NCBI GenBank assembly: GCA_965644295.1
Contig: CBFFRP010000167.1
Span: 62,001-126,000 of the forward strand
Source: Paraphysomonas bandaiensis
Taxonomy: Eukaryota; Protista; Chrysophyceae
Direction: 5' to 3'
Length of the DNA stretch: 64,000 nucleotides
The position numbers were made by a program, and so were the translations under genes. Below, in pieces: positions 26,637 to 38,645 of this stretch; position 1 is the first letter of the stretch, and the number at the start of each line of letters is the position of its first letter. Under the pieces are notes generated by a model. It was not told the origin of the DNA. It saw nothing but the letters and a program-made list of their open reading frames with translations, and searched no databases.

Positions 26637-29600
26637 ATGGACAGCAGTCATCAACAGCCGCAGCATCACCAGCAGCAAGCAGCGGTGTCTACAGAGGGTC
26701 CAGGAAGCAGTCCTCTGTATCTTCACGACGCCACCTCTGGAGGGGCTGGATACACTCTATCCACACCTACTGTCGGTAGGATCCCTCCTATAGAGTCCTT
26801 ATCTCGCAGTGTGTATCGCATGACGCCCTCTGCCTCTATAGACACTGATTCCTCTATTGCCTCGCATGACTATACAGACACAGCTCACACTGCTACTGTC
26901 AGACACTTGTCGCCCTTCACCACTCCGGAAATGCCGGCTCATACTACGATTTCACGACCGGGGAGTTCACATGTGAAGATAGAACATAAATTGCCTACAC
27001 ATTTACCTACTCAGAAAACCACTAACTCCCAACCCAGTGATGATGATGACGATGACATCTCAGTGTGCCCCCAAGGCGCAGAAGCGACTGGACGGTGGAC
27101 TAAAGAGGAACATGAGCTCTTTCTGGAGGCCCTCAATAAATACGGAAAAGAGTGGAAGAAGGTTGCGGCCATGGTAAAGACTCGTACCGTGGTTCAAACA
27201 CGAACCCATGCTCAAAAGTATTTCCAAAAGGTTCAAAAGTATGTGTTCTCCGACCCTGCTGAGTCCCACGAAGATGTACAACATCCAATGGGTGTTACCC
27301 CACCCTCTGGTGGCAGTGAACATCAAAAGTCTACTTCCAGCAAGCGGCCTCGTACCGATGTGGATCGCATACGACCATTACTATCCTCTCAGAAGCAGCA
27401 GCCTTCATCGAATTCAAAACAGTACGACAGTGACTACTTCTACTGCGACGCAGAAATTCCGCCGGCTTTACGCAATAACTCTACTCCAGTTCAACCCTCT
27501 GGACCTCTTCGTATACCCTCTCGGAATCGCCCTGATCTGCCCCCACCCTCTCCAGCCTCGTGTGGGAAGCGAAAGGCTGTGGAAGTGGCCGTCGCTCAGG
27601 CTTTAACCGGGTCCGCCTCTCCAGTGGACATGGAGAGTGGAATTCACACTCTTGCATCAATGAAAGAAGCTGTATTGCGTCCTCACCCGGCTCTACGTCC
27701 GTCCACCTCCACAGGATCATCAGGAGGTGCGGGCGGTCTCTCTATCATAAATCCGGAGCACCTGCCATCGGCATCTTTTCATTCTGATGATGAACCGCAT
27801 ACACCATGGGATGGTGATATGCGAGAGCTTGAAAAGAAACAACAAATGTCTTCTTCTGCTCAGCTACTAGTCTCTACCACTGCCGAGCAGAACGAGTTCA
27901 TCGGCAATGTGTGCGCGGCAGTTACAACTGGTGATGTAGTGGAGCTTAAACGTCTACTAGAATCGGCAAAAAAAATAGAACCTTTGACCCCTCAAACTTC
28001 GGAGCGTCAAGATGTCGGCAGAGCCAACCTTTCCGGCTCAATATCGTCACCACAATCAACCCCAATGCCCCCTCCTACCTCCTCCAGTGTAGTAGTATCG
28101 GCTGACTCACAAACACAATCTACGCCCCCAAGAATCGCAGACATGTTGAACCGCGTGAACGAAAACGGGGAGTCTGCATTAATGATTGCGTGTTATGGAG
28201 GCATTGACGGCAGAAGGAATGATCAAGAAAAAACACTTGAAATATGCAAGCTCCTTGTGGAAGCTGGAGCCTCCCCCTCTCTCGCCAATATTCGCATGCG
28301 AACCTGTCTGCATATCGCCGCTGAGCGAGGCTTCGAAACTGTCGCTAAGTATGTAGTTCTGAAAGGGTGCCCAGTGAACGACGCGGACGAGAATGGCGAC
28401 ACGGCTGTACATATCGCAGTTCAGTGTGGCCACGTTAAAGTACTTCAGGTACTCATTAATTGCGGTGCTAATTGTCACATTCGCAACCACAATGCACGCT
28501 GTGCCCTTGATATGGCTGTAGACTGCTCAGCGCAAAATTTGTCACGAAAGGATATCCGACAAACTATGCTTATGCTTGAGCCCCGAATGCGGTCGCTAAT
28601 ACTGTACCATGAAGACTGCCTTGAACATGCAGCGCGGCGTGAATCTGACTGGGAGGGACCCGACAGACTGGAGGGTATCATGTCTCTGCTCCAGGATAGC
28701 GGCACATTTGCCTCATACGAAATCGAGATATCTAATCAATTCGAAAAGGCGCACGTAGAGCTTTTGAGCCGTGTGCACTCCCCAGACTATATTGCTTTCG
28801 TGAACACACTTTCCAAACAGGTGCAGGAATCCGGCAAGTTTGCAGCTGCTGCTGTGCCCTTCACACCTCATGTTCAGAAAACGATGATGCGACAAGACTC
28901 GTCAGAGACTAAGCACCCCGAGGTGTGTGACACTTCATTTTCCAGCGGTACACTAAAAGCCGCGAGGCGCGCTGCTGGTGCAGTAGCACACGCTGTAGAC
29001 CGCGTGTTACTGGGCAGGAATCGTAACGCGTTTTGTGTCGTTCGACCACCAGGGCACCATGCAGGATACAGAGGATTGCTCGATGGGGGAAAATCATGTG
29101 GATTTTGTATATTCAATTCCGTAGCAGCAGGGGCTCTTCATGCATTGGAGGCCCACCACTGCGAGCGCGTTGCGATTATTGACATCGATGTGCATCATGG
29201 TGAGATTAAGTACAACACTATACGATGTGTCTTGTTTGATTAAATTGAGAACTATAGGTAATGGGACAGAGGATATAGTACGTCGATACCAACACCCGTC
29301 GCGGTTATTTTTCTTTAGCTTGCACCTCTTTGAGAAGGATGACGAAGTGGATTACGAGTTCTTTCCTGGTAGTGGGGGTGAGGACGACACCACACACAAT
29401 ATTATCAATGTGCCTATTCCTCCCATGTGGCTGGAGTCGAGCGTGTCTTCGCACAGTACTCGGTCAACTGGCAAGCCATCGACCCCTGTAAGTATATGTT
29501 TTATTCCCTGTGGTTTTATCTTAGCGCAATGCACAGTCAACTCGCTCAGGCAGAGATGCTTTCAAACAAGCTATCACCCAACGCCTGATTCCCTCTCTAC

Positions 29601-30006
29601 GCGCATTCTCACCCGACCTTATTCTTCTTTCCACGGGTACGATAGCTAGTATTACCTGAATCATGTCATGTGTATGTGCGCAGGTTTTGATTGTGCGGAG
29701 GGCGATGTTGGTAACATGCGCAATGGCTCAAGTGCCCCTCCAGCACGGGGAATGAATCTTAAACCTATAGACTTCGAGTGGGTGACTATGGAGCTGGTAA
29801 AAATATCAGATATATGTTGCAACGGAAGGTTGGTGAGTGTATTGGAAGGAGGATATGGAACATATCCTACGCCCAGTGGATCGAATGGTAAAAGTTCACA
29901 GAAAAGCAAAGGCAACGGGCTTAATCGCAGTATACTATCAGAGGCTGCATGTGCACATGTTTCCAGGTTGGTAGATCCCTACGGATATGTTGAGCCGACT
30001 CCATAG
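26637..30006 (+). CDS. Fusion protein: SHAQKY-class single MYB domain + ankyrin repeats + class II histone deacetylase domain, 4 exons
   Basis: MYB: GRWTKEEHELFLEALNKYGKEWKKVAAMVKTRTVVQTRTHAQKYFQK. Ankyrins: GESALMIAC, TCLHIAAERG, GDTAVHIAVQCGH. HDAC: EGPDRL, RPPGHHAG, GFCIFNSVA, DIDVHH|GNGT (intron 29200-29257), SLH, GFD, LEGGY. MYB, ankyrins and the HDAC N-half lie in one uninterrupted exon. Confidence 0.93.
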
Positions 30007-30249
30007 GTGTTTTCTAACCATAAGAGAAACGTGATACAGTTGTGCCTTTAGTTTGTGAATTAATTGGTAATAATGATGTCGTTTGTAGTATCGCTTGTAG
30101 TTGCTGCGCTTAGTATCTGATTGTAAGCATACTTTAAGAATGGGAGAAGCTAGGTATACTATTGTAATCACCACCAGAAGTTAATTTACATATATAATTT
30201 ATAATAAGCATATTTGTATGCCGCAAGTAACTAGAAATATTATTCAACC

Positions 30250-30985
30250 TAGTCTAATTGGTTGAATTACGTGGTCAAAGTATACACCTGGTTGAATAAT
30301 GTACTAGATCAACTCAAACAATAAACCCCCATATTTCTATAACAAGTAGTGAATATCTAATACCCCGGATCCCCTTAAGGTGGGCCCAGTCCCGGATGCC
30401 TGTTTATTCGTCAGGGCCCAAAGACATCTACACAAGCATTTGGATATGTGTGGACAGAACAATATCTGCTGACTGTATATATATTATGCGGCTCACGTTA
30501 GTTTCCTGGAGAAATATCTCCGGTACATACCCCCCAGAACACCACGAAAAGATGAAAGTCCGACTTTGTTGAGGGTACAACAAATTCACTCCTACCGCAG
30601 AGGGTACTAAGGGAATAGCAACTGCGAGGTGTTGAAATTGGTACATAAGTGTTATGGTGAATGTTATGACGCAATATAAAGAGATAAGAGTGTCAGAAAT
30701 GTAAACAGCTAGGTGTCATTTCATAGCTGCACTGTTGTAAGTTTGAGGATTACAGCAGAAGATGACTTGGAGTGTTTGATGATCTGATTTTGAAAGTTGA
30801 CATCATTGTGGTTTACCAATAAACGTGTACTATAATAATAAAGTCAAATACGTAATACGATTGTCAATATATATAAATATCATAATTAAGTGATTTTCTG
30901 TCCAAACAGAATATTGAAGTTGAATGTCTATATTTTCCCGGTGCTAACATGAGCTTTCTTTTGAACCCAATTCAGGTCAAAAAAC
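30250..30985 (+). repeat. Degenerate dispersed repeat, copy 1
   Basis: Shares blocks with 39230-39860, 40055-40100, 40720-41140 (reverse), 53990-54670 and 62810-63245 (reverse). Examples: GGGAATAGCAACTGCGAGGTGTTGAAATT, ATTGAAGTTGAATGTCTATAxTTTCCCGGTGCTAA and CACCACGAAAAGATGAAAGTCCG. Boundaries approximate. Confidence 0.8.
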
Positions 30986-31021
30986 ATTGCATAGCATTAC
31001 ATGGTACCAGGGATTCACTTC

Positions 31022-32111
31022 AAGTCGAGGTAATACCAAAACCTGGGTTTTGATGTAAAACCTGGTGAAATTTTTGGTGATGGTCGGAAAAGGGTATAAC
31101 TATGCACAATAAGTAACTATGAAGTTAATAACAGTGTGAAGAGTATTATTTATAATATTTTTTACTAATTTCTTCCATATTACTTCAGTTTTACAGCAAT
31201 AAAAGTCACCGACTACACATATATATTACATACAGTTCACAAGTATGAACTATAACCATCTCACTAAACACCACTACACCATCTCAGAATACACCCACAT
31301 ACCATCTCACTATACACCCATATACCATCTCACTATACACCCATACCATATTACTATGCATCACTATACCATCCCACTATATTATACCACTATACCATCT
31401 ACTGTATGCCACTATACCACCTAACTATACATCAATACACTATCTCACTATACACCCATATACCATCTCACTATACACCCATATACCATCTCACTATACA
31501 CCCATACCATATTACTATGCATCACTATACCATCCCACTATATTATACCACTATACCATCTACTGTATACCACTATACCACCTAACTATACATCACTACA
31601 CTATCTCACTATACACCCATATACCATTTCACTATACACCTACGTATGGGACAAATCATACGCGATGGGCAGAAACCAAGCCAAAGGAAAAACCGGGCCT
31701 GATCACATAACAACGGCCTCAGCATGCGCAGACTGTGCACTCCCAATCGACAACATGGCACACGGCTGTTGCCGCGTCGTTTCCGAGCATAGGTACTAAT
31801 ACTACTGTAAGTAGTAGTGGTAAAGATGGCTATATGCGTATGCAATGTATCCGAAATCAGGCTATTCGGTTGGAGCGTTTGCAGTCTCAAGCGAAGCAGA
31901 TGTAGCTATATGAGAATATGATATTACAAAACACAAGTAATAATAGCAGGGCCAACTTTTAACGCAATAAATACTGCTAATAACAACTATACTTGCGACT
32001 TTTTCTTTATCTTTAACCTCTCAGATACAAATTACAGTAAAATAATAACTCAATACTTATATATGAAACCTGGTGAAATTGCTTTACCAGGTTTTGGTAT
32101 TACCACGACTT
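31022..32111. mobile_element. Non-autonomous TIR DNA transposon (MITE-like), 1.09 kb, with an internal satellite
   Basis: 25-bp TIRs with 1 mismatch: AAGTCGAGGTAATACCAAAACCTGG (31022-31046) and CCAGGTTTTGGTATTACCACGACTT (32087-32111). TTC flanks both sides. Subterminal AAACCTGGTGAAATT occurs at both ends. Confidence 0.75.
31250..31642. repeat. C/A-rich minisatellite (about 23-nt unit CCATCTCACTATACACCCATATA) with a 161-bp higher-order duplication
   Basis: TTACTATGCATCACTATACCATCCCAC occurs at 31351 and 31512 (offset 161). Confidence 0.9.
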
Positions 32112-32879
32112 TTCATTCGTAGCAGACACCCCGTGAAATGCCGCTTCCCTTCCTGTCATCAACCTCAGTACAACTGATGGCCAGGCTATCCAGTTTTTTG
32201 TTGATATAAACACCATTGAACAGGGGGATATATACTTATCGGAACACTTCAGCTCAACATACACCTTTATGGTTGTATCGTGTGTATCAGATCTACATGC
32301 CGGTCATATATTAAAATATTAAATGAATGCTGCTCACACCTTGTCTATTATTACTGCTGCGGGTCACTGCTTACTGCTTACAGTATCCACTGGTTGTCAA
32401 CCTCCAAATGATTAGGCATTAGGCAAAACCACTGCGCATTACACGAATTAAATACAATATTATTTCAGTGCATGGCATCATACAACGAGCTTTATTTGTG
32501 GTGTTACGCTTCAATGTTCAATGGTCGTGTCACGCTTATCCCATGGTACAAGTTGCTTGTAGAAGCGTACACTGGGGTAGAACTAAATATATATGTATGT
32601 ATTTAGAGCTACTGGTTGCTGATTGCAATACAATATCTAGTAAAATTCATACGGACACAACTCGGGCATCGTATGGTTCAATATTTTATTAATTATACTC
32701 TGCACCTACCCTGTATTCGTCATGATTTTGTGAATGGTGAAAACACAGTTCTGATAGTTTTGTTCGCGAAAGAGCTGTACAACAGTATCTTACTATGCAA
32801 CACTATAACATGCGACATTGCTACATATACAGCTTAATAAATGCAATATTTCGAGCTGTATCCTAGCACCGCTACTAAA

Positions 32880-35213
32880 TTAGGACTTTTTCCAAACTGT
32901 AAGTGAATTCTTGTAATTTGGCCAATTTTTCATTTCGATCGTTTGGGTACATTCAAAATGAGATTTTAGATAATCAATTGTATCCGTCGGTTTTCCAGGA
33001 GGACATAGATCTAGGTTTCCGATTATAATAATTTTATCGCCCGAGTATGACCGCAAAAGTGCTTCGTCTGCCTCAACACCTTCCTTGGAAGAGGTGGCAA
33101 GCACGTTAGATATTGGCCAAAGAAGCACCAAGGTCCTTTCTTGGAAATCTTTTAGGTCTTCTACATTGGCTATCGCTCCTTCTACATTGAAGTAGAACGG
33201 CGGGAGGTCAAAACTTGACTTCACAAGTAGCATATCCAACTGTCTATCTGTCGCATGTTCTCTCAGCATCTTCACCCAGTAATCACCGCCTGTGGATACC
33301 ATAAATACCAGAGGCCCGGTAGATACGATAGCATCTAGCACTGGTTGAGAGGGAATACAAGCTGAGAAAACAGATACCAGGGGCTCACGCACAAGCATGC
33401 AGTAGTCATTCCATCGACCACAAAGAAGGAAGTCGTCCGCACTGCTACGCGAAAAGATAGCCTCGCCTTTAGCTCTGGCTCCTGCTGCTGTCATCATGAT
33501 AGAGAGACGTGCCTGATCCAGCTTCGATCCATTAGCATGGGCAGCCTCAGGATTGTCTGCTGGAGTCCACCGACGGAAAAGTGCATCCGAGAGGAAGGTA
33601 TCCTGCAGTTTGTCGAAAATTGCGGTATAGATGTTCCCTTTCGCAGTGGCCAGGTATTTCCCGCACATTTCCTTGCTTCCTCCAGCATCCTCAACTGCGC
33701 GGGTAAATCGTCCAATCGAATCCGCAAGACGGCGCTGTACTAAATATGTGGCAGGTTTCGCATCAGCCTTTCCTACCTTCTCAGCAGCAGTCTTTTTGTA
33801 GCTCTGTAGGTACTGGTTGAGTTCGCGCTTTAGTTCCATTACCAAGTGGGATAGCTTGAAGCACTTCATGTCCTCGAGATATTCTTCAAGCACACCCTTC
33901 AATTCTTCTCTTTTATCAGCTTTAGCTTTCTCATCTTCTTCCTTTCGTTGTTCTCTCTCTTCATCGTCGTCACCCTCCTCATTCTGCTCACCCTCCTCAT
34001 TCTGCTCTACCTCCTCAGAAGGCACACACGCGTCTAAGAGTGTCTGTACCATCTCACTGTTCTCATCCCCTTTGGCGCCTATTAGCGCCCATACAATAGG
34101 AGAAAACCCATTGGCGGATCGTAAATTAAGCTTTGCACCCGCTTCAATGAGTAATGCTGCCGAGCTGATGTCCCCTGACTGACAAGCATAAGAGAGAGCA
34201 TGCAACCCGTGGACATTTTGATTGTTTATCACGGACTTGCTCTCTATGAGCATGTCCACCATTTCATCGTTGGTCCGCATTCCACCTTCTCCGTCAGCCA
34301 CGCGAATACTGTTGGGCGCACAGGCTACCATTAGTGCAGTCCAGCCCTCAGCATCACAAGTAATTACACTGGCCCCGAATTTAAGTAAAAGTCTCGCGCA
34401 GTCGACGGCCCCCGCTGACGCCATGTGCATTAACGGGGTGTGACCAACATCTTTTTCTCCCTCTTTGTATCGTTGCTCTGCACGCGCTCCATGCATTATT
34501 AATGCTTCCACAAGAGGAAAGACGTCATCTGGATTCTCCTCAGGGGTCTTTGCGCGAATCTTTGCTGCCTGACAGACAGCCCACAATATATTGAAACCCT
34601 TTTCGTCTCTACGGTCGATAAACACACTACCACGAAACATGCTGTCAAGAATGGGCATAATACGCTCTACATTCCCGTGAGAATTAATAATTTCAACTAT
34701 TGTCTTCGATACCATATCAGCAGTGAGGTCTAGAGGTCTTGGAGGAATGGCGACGATATGCTCACTGTCATTATTGATAGCTTCGACGATACGATCCTTG
34801 ATGGAGTCAAGGGCATCATCCGCGGGATCATAGCTTATGGCTCGGTGAATAGAATGTAATGCGGCTTCATACTTTCCTAAATTCTCTAGTGCAATGGCAC
34901 ATCTCGTGTGAATCTTCTGCGCGAGATGGATCTCACTGGCAGCACAGGGGACCGTAAGGGCAAATCTACATAATGATGCAGCCTTCTCATACTCTTCAAG
35001 CTTAATAAAACACTGTATTTGATTAGTGAGGCATCTAAGAGTGCATAGTTCACTCATTGGCAGGGGTCTGAGGGGGTTAAGTGTCATAACTGCGGCGTGA
35101 TAACTCTCAACAGCCTGCTGCCAATTCTTACGAGAGAAATGAAGATCGCCTTCTTTTTTCTTCGCTTCTGCGGTGTCAAGAAGCTTACGAACAGGTGGGG
35201 GGAGATTATTCAT
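32880..35213 (-). CDS. TPR + ankyrin repeat protein with an acidic linker and a C-terminal methyltransferase-like domain, intronless
   Basis: TPR: KKKEGDLHFSRKNWQQAVESYHAA. Ankyrins: GHTPLMHMA, GWTALMVAC, GLHALSYAC, GFSPIVWA. C-terminus: IPSQPVLDAIVSTGPLV..YWVKML..TLVLLWP..YSGDKIIIIG..NWPNYKNSLTVWK. Confidence 0.85.
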   Translation of the reverse strand: MNNLPPPVRKLLDTAEAKKKEGDLHFSRKNWQQAVESYHAAVMTLNPLRPLPMSELCTLRCLTNQIQCFIKLEEYEKAASLCRFALTVPCAASEIHLAQKIHTRCAIALENLGKYEAALHSIHRAISYDPADDALDSIKDRIVEAINNDSEHIVAIPPRPLDLTADMVSKTIVEIINSHGNVERIMPILDSMFRGSVFIDRRDEKGFNILWAVCQAAKIRAKTPEENPDDVFPLVEALIMHGARAEQRYKEGEKDVGHTPLMHMASAGAVDCARLLLKFGASVITCDAEGWTALMVACAPNSIRVADGEGGMRTNDEMVDMLIESKSVINNQNVHGLHALSYACQSGDISSAALLIEAGAKLNLRSANGFSPIVWALIGAKGDENSEMVQTLLDACVPSEEVEQNEEGEQNEEGDDDEEREQRKEEDEKAKADKREELKGVLEEYLEDMKCFKLSHLVMELKRELNQYLQSYKKTAAEKVGKADAKPATYLVQRRLADSIGRFTRAVEDAGGSKEMCGKYLATAKGNIYTAIFDKLQDTFLSDALFRRWTPADNPEAAHANGSKLDQARLSIMMTAAGARAKGEAIFSRSSADDFLLCGRWNDYCMLVREPLVSVFSACIPSQPVLDAIVSTGPLVFMVSTGGDYWVKMLREHATDRQLDMLLVKSSFDLPPFYFNVEGAIANVEDLKDFQERTLVLLWPISNVLATSSKEGVEADEALLRSYSGDKIIIIGNLDLCPPGKPTDTIDYLKSHFECTQTIEMKNWPNYKNSLTVWKKS

Positions 35214-35281
35214 GGCTGCAACAGTGGTGGGGTGATATGCTTACAAATATTAATAGTGGCACATTGCTACATGTGGACTTG

Positions 35282-35570
35282 CATACATACATACATACAT
35301 ACATACATACATACATACATACATACATACATACATACATACATACATACATACATACATACATACATACATACATACATACATACATACATACATACAT
35401 ACATACATACATACATACATACATACATACATACATACATACATACATACATACATACATACATACATACATACATACATACATACATACATACATACAT
35501 ACATACATACATACATACATACATACATACATACATACATACATACATACACACTCACATACATACATAC
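35282..35570. repeat. (TACA)n microsatellite, about 270 bp almost perfect
   Basis: Directly visible. It explains the HTYI and MYVC junk ORFs in the track. Confidence 0.98.
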
Positions 35571-35876
35571 ACTCAGTGGGCATACTGCAGTAGGATTCCT
35601 GTATATACACATATACGTTGTAATAACCTGTATGTACGTACAGTATCTAATGATCGCATCTTGAGGTTGCTGTTGGTCAGTGCATATCTATGTATAATGT
35701 GTACGTATTGTATGTATACATAACAAGATGGTGGATGTGTGTATGTGGATAGGGTGGGTGTGCATTGTTCTTGTGCATTACACACACACTGACAACAACT
35801 GCACTATCTGCACAATACTATTGCTAATATATTCGCTCTTAGACGACAGATTACTTTAGTTTCTAATCTCCTCAGA

Positions 35877-38645
35877 ATGCCAGCAAAACGAACTGCATCT
35901 GCATCAGGTAACGGCGAGAAGAGAGCCAAGGGCCTTGCTCTCGACACAGCTCTAGCTGAGAAATGCATTAATACCATCCGCGTACTCACTGCTGATGTTG
36001 TGGAGAAGGCTAAATCTGGCCATCCTGGTGCACCAATGGGCTGTGCTCCGATGGCACACCTGCTGTGGGGTGAATTTATGGATTTCAATTCAGATGTTCC
36101 CTCTTGGCCCAATCGTGACAGATTTGTGCTATCTAACGGTCATGCATGCGCTCTTCTCTACAGGTTTGCTATAATTTTTATGCTTTTTTGTTTAATATAT
36201 TCGTAGTATGTTACACATGAGCGGATATGGTGTCAGCATGGATGATTTGAAGCAGTTTCGTCAGCTGGACTCCATCACTCCAGGCCACCCCGAGAACTTT
36301 GCAACACCTGGGGTTGAGGTGTCGACTGGACCACTTGGACAGGTTAGCTCGTGGTAGTTCTATTTACTACATTATAATATCTAAACAGGGTATTTCGAAT
36401 GCTGTCGGTCTTGCTATCGCTGAGAAACATATGGCTGCTACCTTTAACAAGGTTAGTTAGTCTCGTAAAAGTGTTTGCATATAAGGAAATATTTCACCCC
36501 TTGTTATAGGATGGATTCGATATTGTCGACCATTTCACATACGTAATTTGTGGAGATGGCTGTCTTCAGGAAGGGGTGTCTTCAGAGGCCTCCTCCCTTG
36601 CTGGCCACCTTGGTCTTGGCAAGCTCATAGTACTCTATGACGACAATAACATCACAATTGATGGAGACACTTCTCTATCATTCACCGAAGATGTTGCTGC
36701 CAGATATGCTGCGTACGGCTGGCATGTACAAAGTGTGAATGATGTGAACGACCTTGACGCTCTACGGACTGCTATCCAGAGCGCACAGGAGGAGACCGGT
36801 AGGCCGAGCATTATCAAAGTGCGCACTGTCATCGGACACGGCAGTATTGCTGAGGGCTCTCATAAAGTCCATGGGGCTCCCCTGGGCGCTTCAGATCTGT
36901 CGCAGCTAAAAGTAAAGTATGGTTTTAGCCCAGAAGAGGTTAGATCAGGAGTGGTATGTATATGTACGTATAATGTTGTTTGCAGTCCTTTGTTGTTCCT
37001 GACGATGTGCGCGCCGTGTATTCCGGTCGTGGGGGCGCCGCTAAGTATGAGGCATGGCAAGCTCTCTTCGCGGAGTATAGTGCTGCTCACCCTGAAATTG
37101 CTGGGGAATTTACCCGTCGCTCCCGTGGTGAGCTTCCTGTAGGTTGGAGGGATGCGCTGCCTAGGTTCCCAGTAGAAGAGGTGGCGGTAACCTTGTTGTA
37201 TTATAAGTATCTAATAAGGCACATGTAGGAGAAGAAGGCAGTTGGAACTCGCAACCACTCCGAAGCAGTTTTAAATGCAGTTGCTGCTGCACTGCCTGAA
37301 ATAGTTGGTGGGTCGGCAGATTTGACTCCTTCCAATTTGACGTCTCTTAAGGTACTTCTCATATGCATCTGTTGTTCTGAATCATGTGTAATGTGCAGTG
37401 CTCTGGCGATTTCCAAAAAGACTCGCCTGCGGGACGCTACCTGCGATTTGGAGTCAGAGAACATGGTATGGCAGCCGTGCTCAACGGCATGTTTGCATAT
37501 GGAGGACTTCGCCCATTTGGAGCCACCTTCTTGAACTTTATGGGGTACGCCCTTGGTGCTAGTAGGCTCTCGGCGCTGAGCAGATTCGGAGTTATTTATG
37601 TAATGACACATGATTCCATTGGGTAAGTAAATAGAGCTGTATTATCTATTAGATTTTAGTGATATGACTGCAGTCTTGGTGAGGATGGTCCCACTCATCA
37701 GCCCATTGAAATGTTGGAGTCGTTGAGAGCGCTGCCCAATATGCTCGTCTTCCGCCCTGCTGATGGGAATGAGGTTTACCATAATTTCTAGATTTTTCAG
37801 TGATAATTTTTATGTTTTCGTATGTGAAGGTTTGCGGCTCGTACATCTCCGCTATTGAGAACAGAGACGCCCCTTCTGTCGTTGTGTTGAGCCGCCAGGC
37901 AGCCCCAGCTCAAGAGGGAACCTCTCCTGAGAAGGTATGTTGATTTGTGGTCAGGCTAAAACTTATTTTTCAATCTGCTGGTAGGTTTCCTTCGGGGCTT
38001 ATGTTCTCTCTACGCATGGTAACTCGCCATCACCTTCCCTCATTATTGTGTCCACTGGGACTGAGGTACAGCTGGCTGTTGGAGTTGCCAAAGAATTGTC
38101 GTCAGCCGATGGCCTCACTGTGAGGTGAAGTACAGATGATTGTATTCGAGTAATGATGTAACTGAAATTTAATCAAGAGTCGTGTCCATGCCTTGCTGGG
38201 AGTTGTTCGACAAACAGAGTGTGGGCTACAAGCGTGAGGTGTGTTTTTCACCTTTTACTCTTACACTGCAGTAATACGTCAACTTTCATAGGTCTTCCCT
38301 GAAGGCATTCCAGTGATGTCCGTGGAGGCTTCTGGAGTTCATGGTTGGACAAAGTTTGCTCACTCTTCTTTCGGAATGAACAGTTTTGGACTGTCTGCTC
38401 CTGGAGCAAAGGTATTATTGCGCTGTTGAGAGTGTATAGTCGACTAAGCGCATTGAACTTGCAGGTGTATGAACGCTTCGGCTTCACTGTTCCCAACCTT
38501 TTGGGTTGCGCTCGCCAAGTGTTGAAGTATTACAGCGACAAGAATGCTCCATCTCTAATTGATCGTGTCAGGTGTGTTTTCATTTAAGCATTATATCTTT
38601 TGTTATATATGTTGTAGTTTCCCAGGGCCGACTTATCCTCATTAA
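35877..38645 (+). CDS. TKT: Transketolase, about 13 introns, no obvious organellar targeting peptide
   Basis: [99 protein letters not shown]. Confidence 0.98.

Noticed and set aside
30560-30575. TGT-TGA (Cys-Sec-like) conserved in several dispersed-repeat copies
   Set aside because: The reading frame of the repeat is unknown and the copies are full of other stops, so there is no support for Sec.
31250-31642. Repeat array resembling a CRISPR
   Set aside because: Units are low-complexity and contiguous, with no unique spacers and no cas genes, in a eukaryotic context.
35097-35723. ORFs with HTYI or MYVC repeats (also 4479-4808)
   Set aside because: They are translations of the (TACA)n microsatellites.
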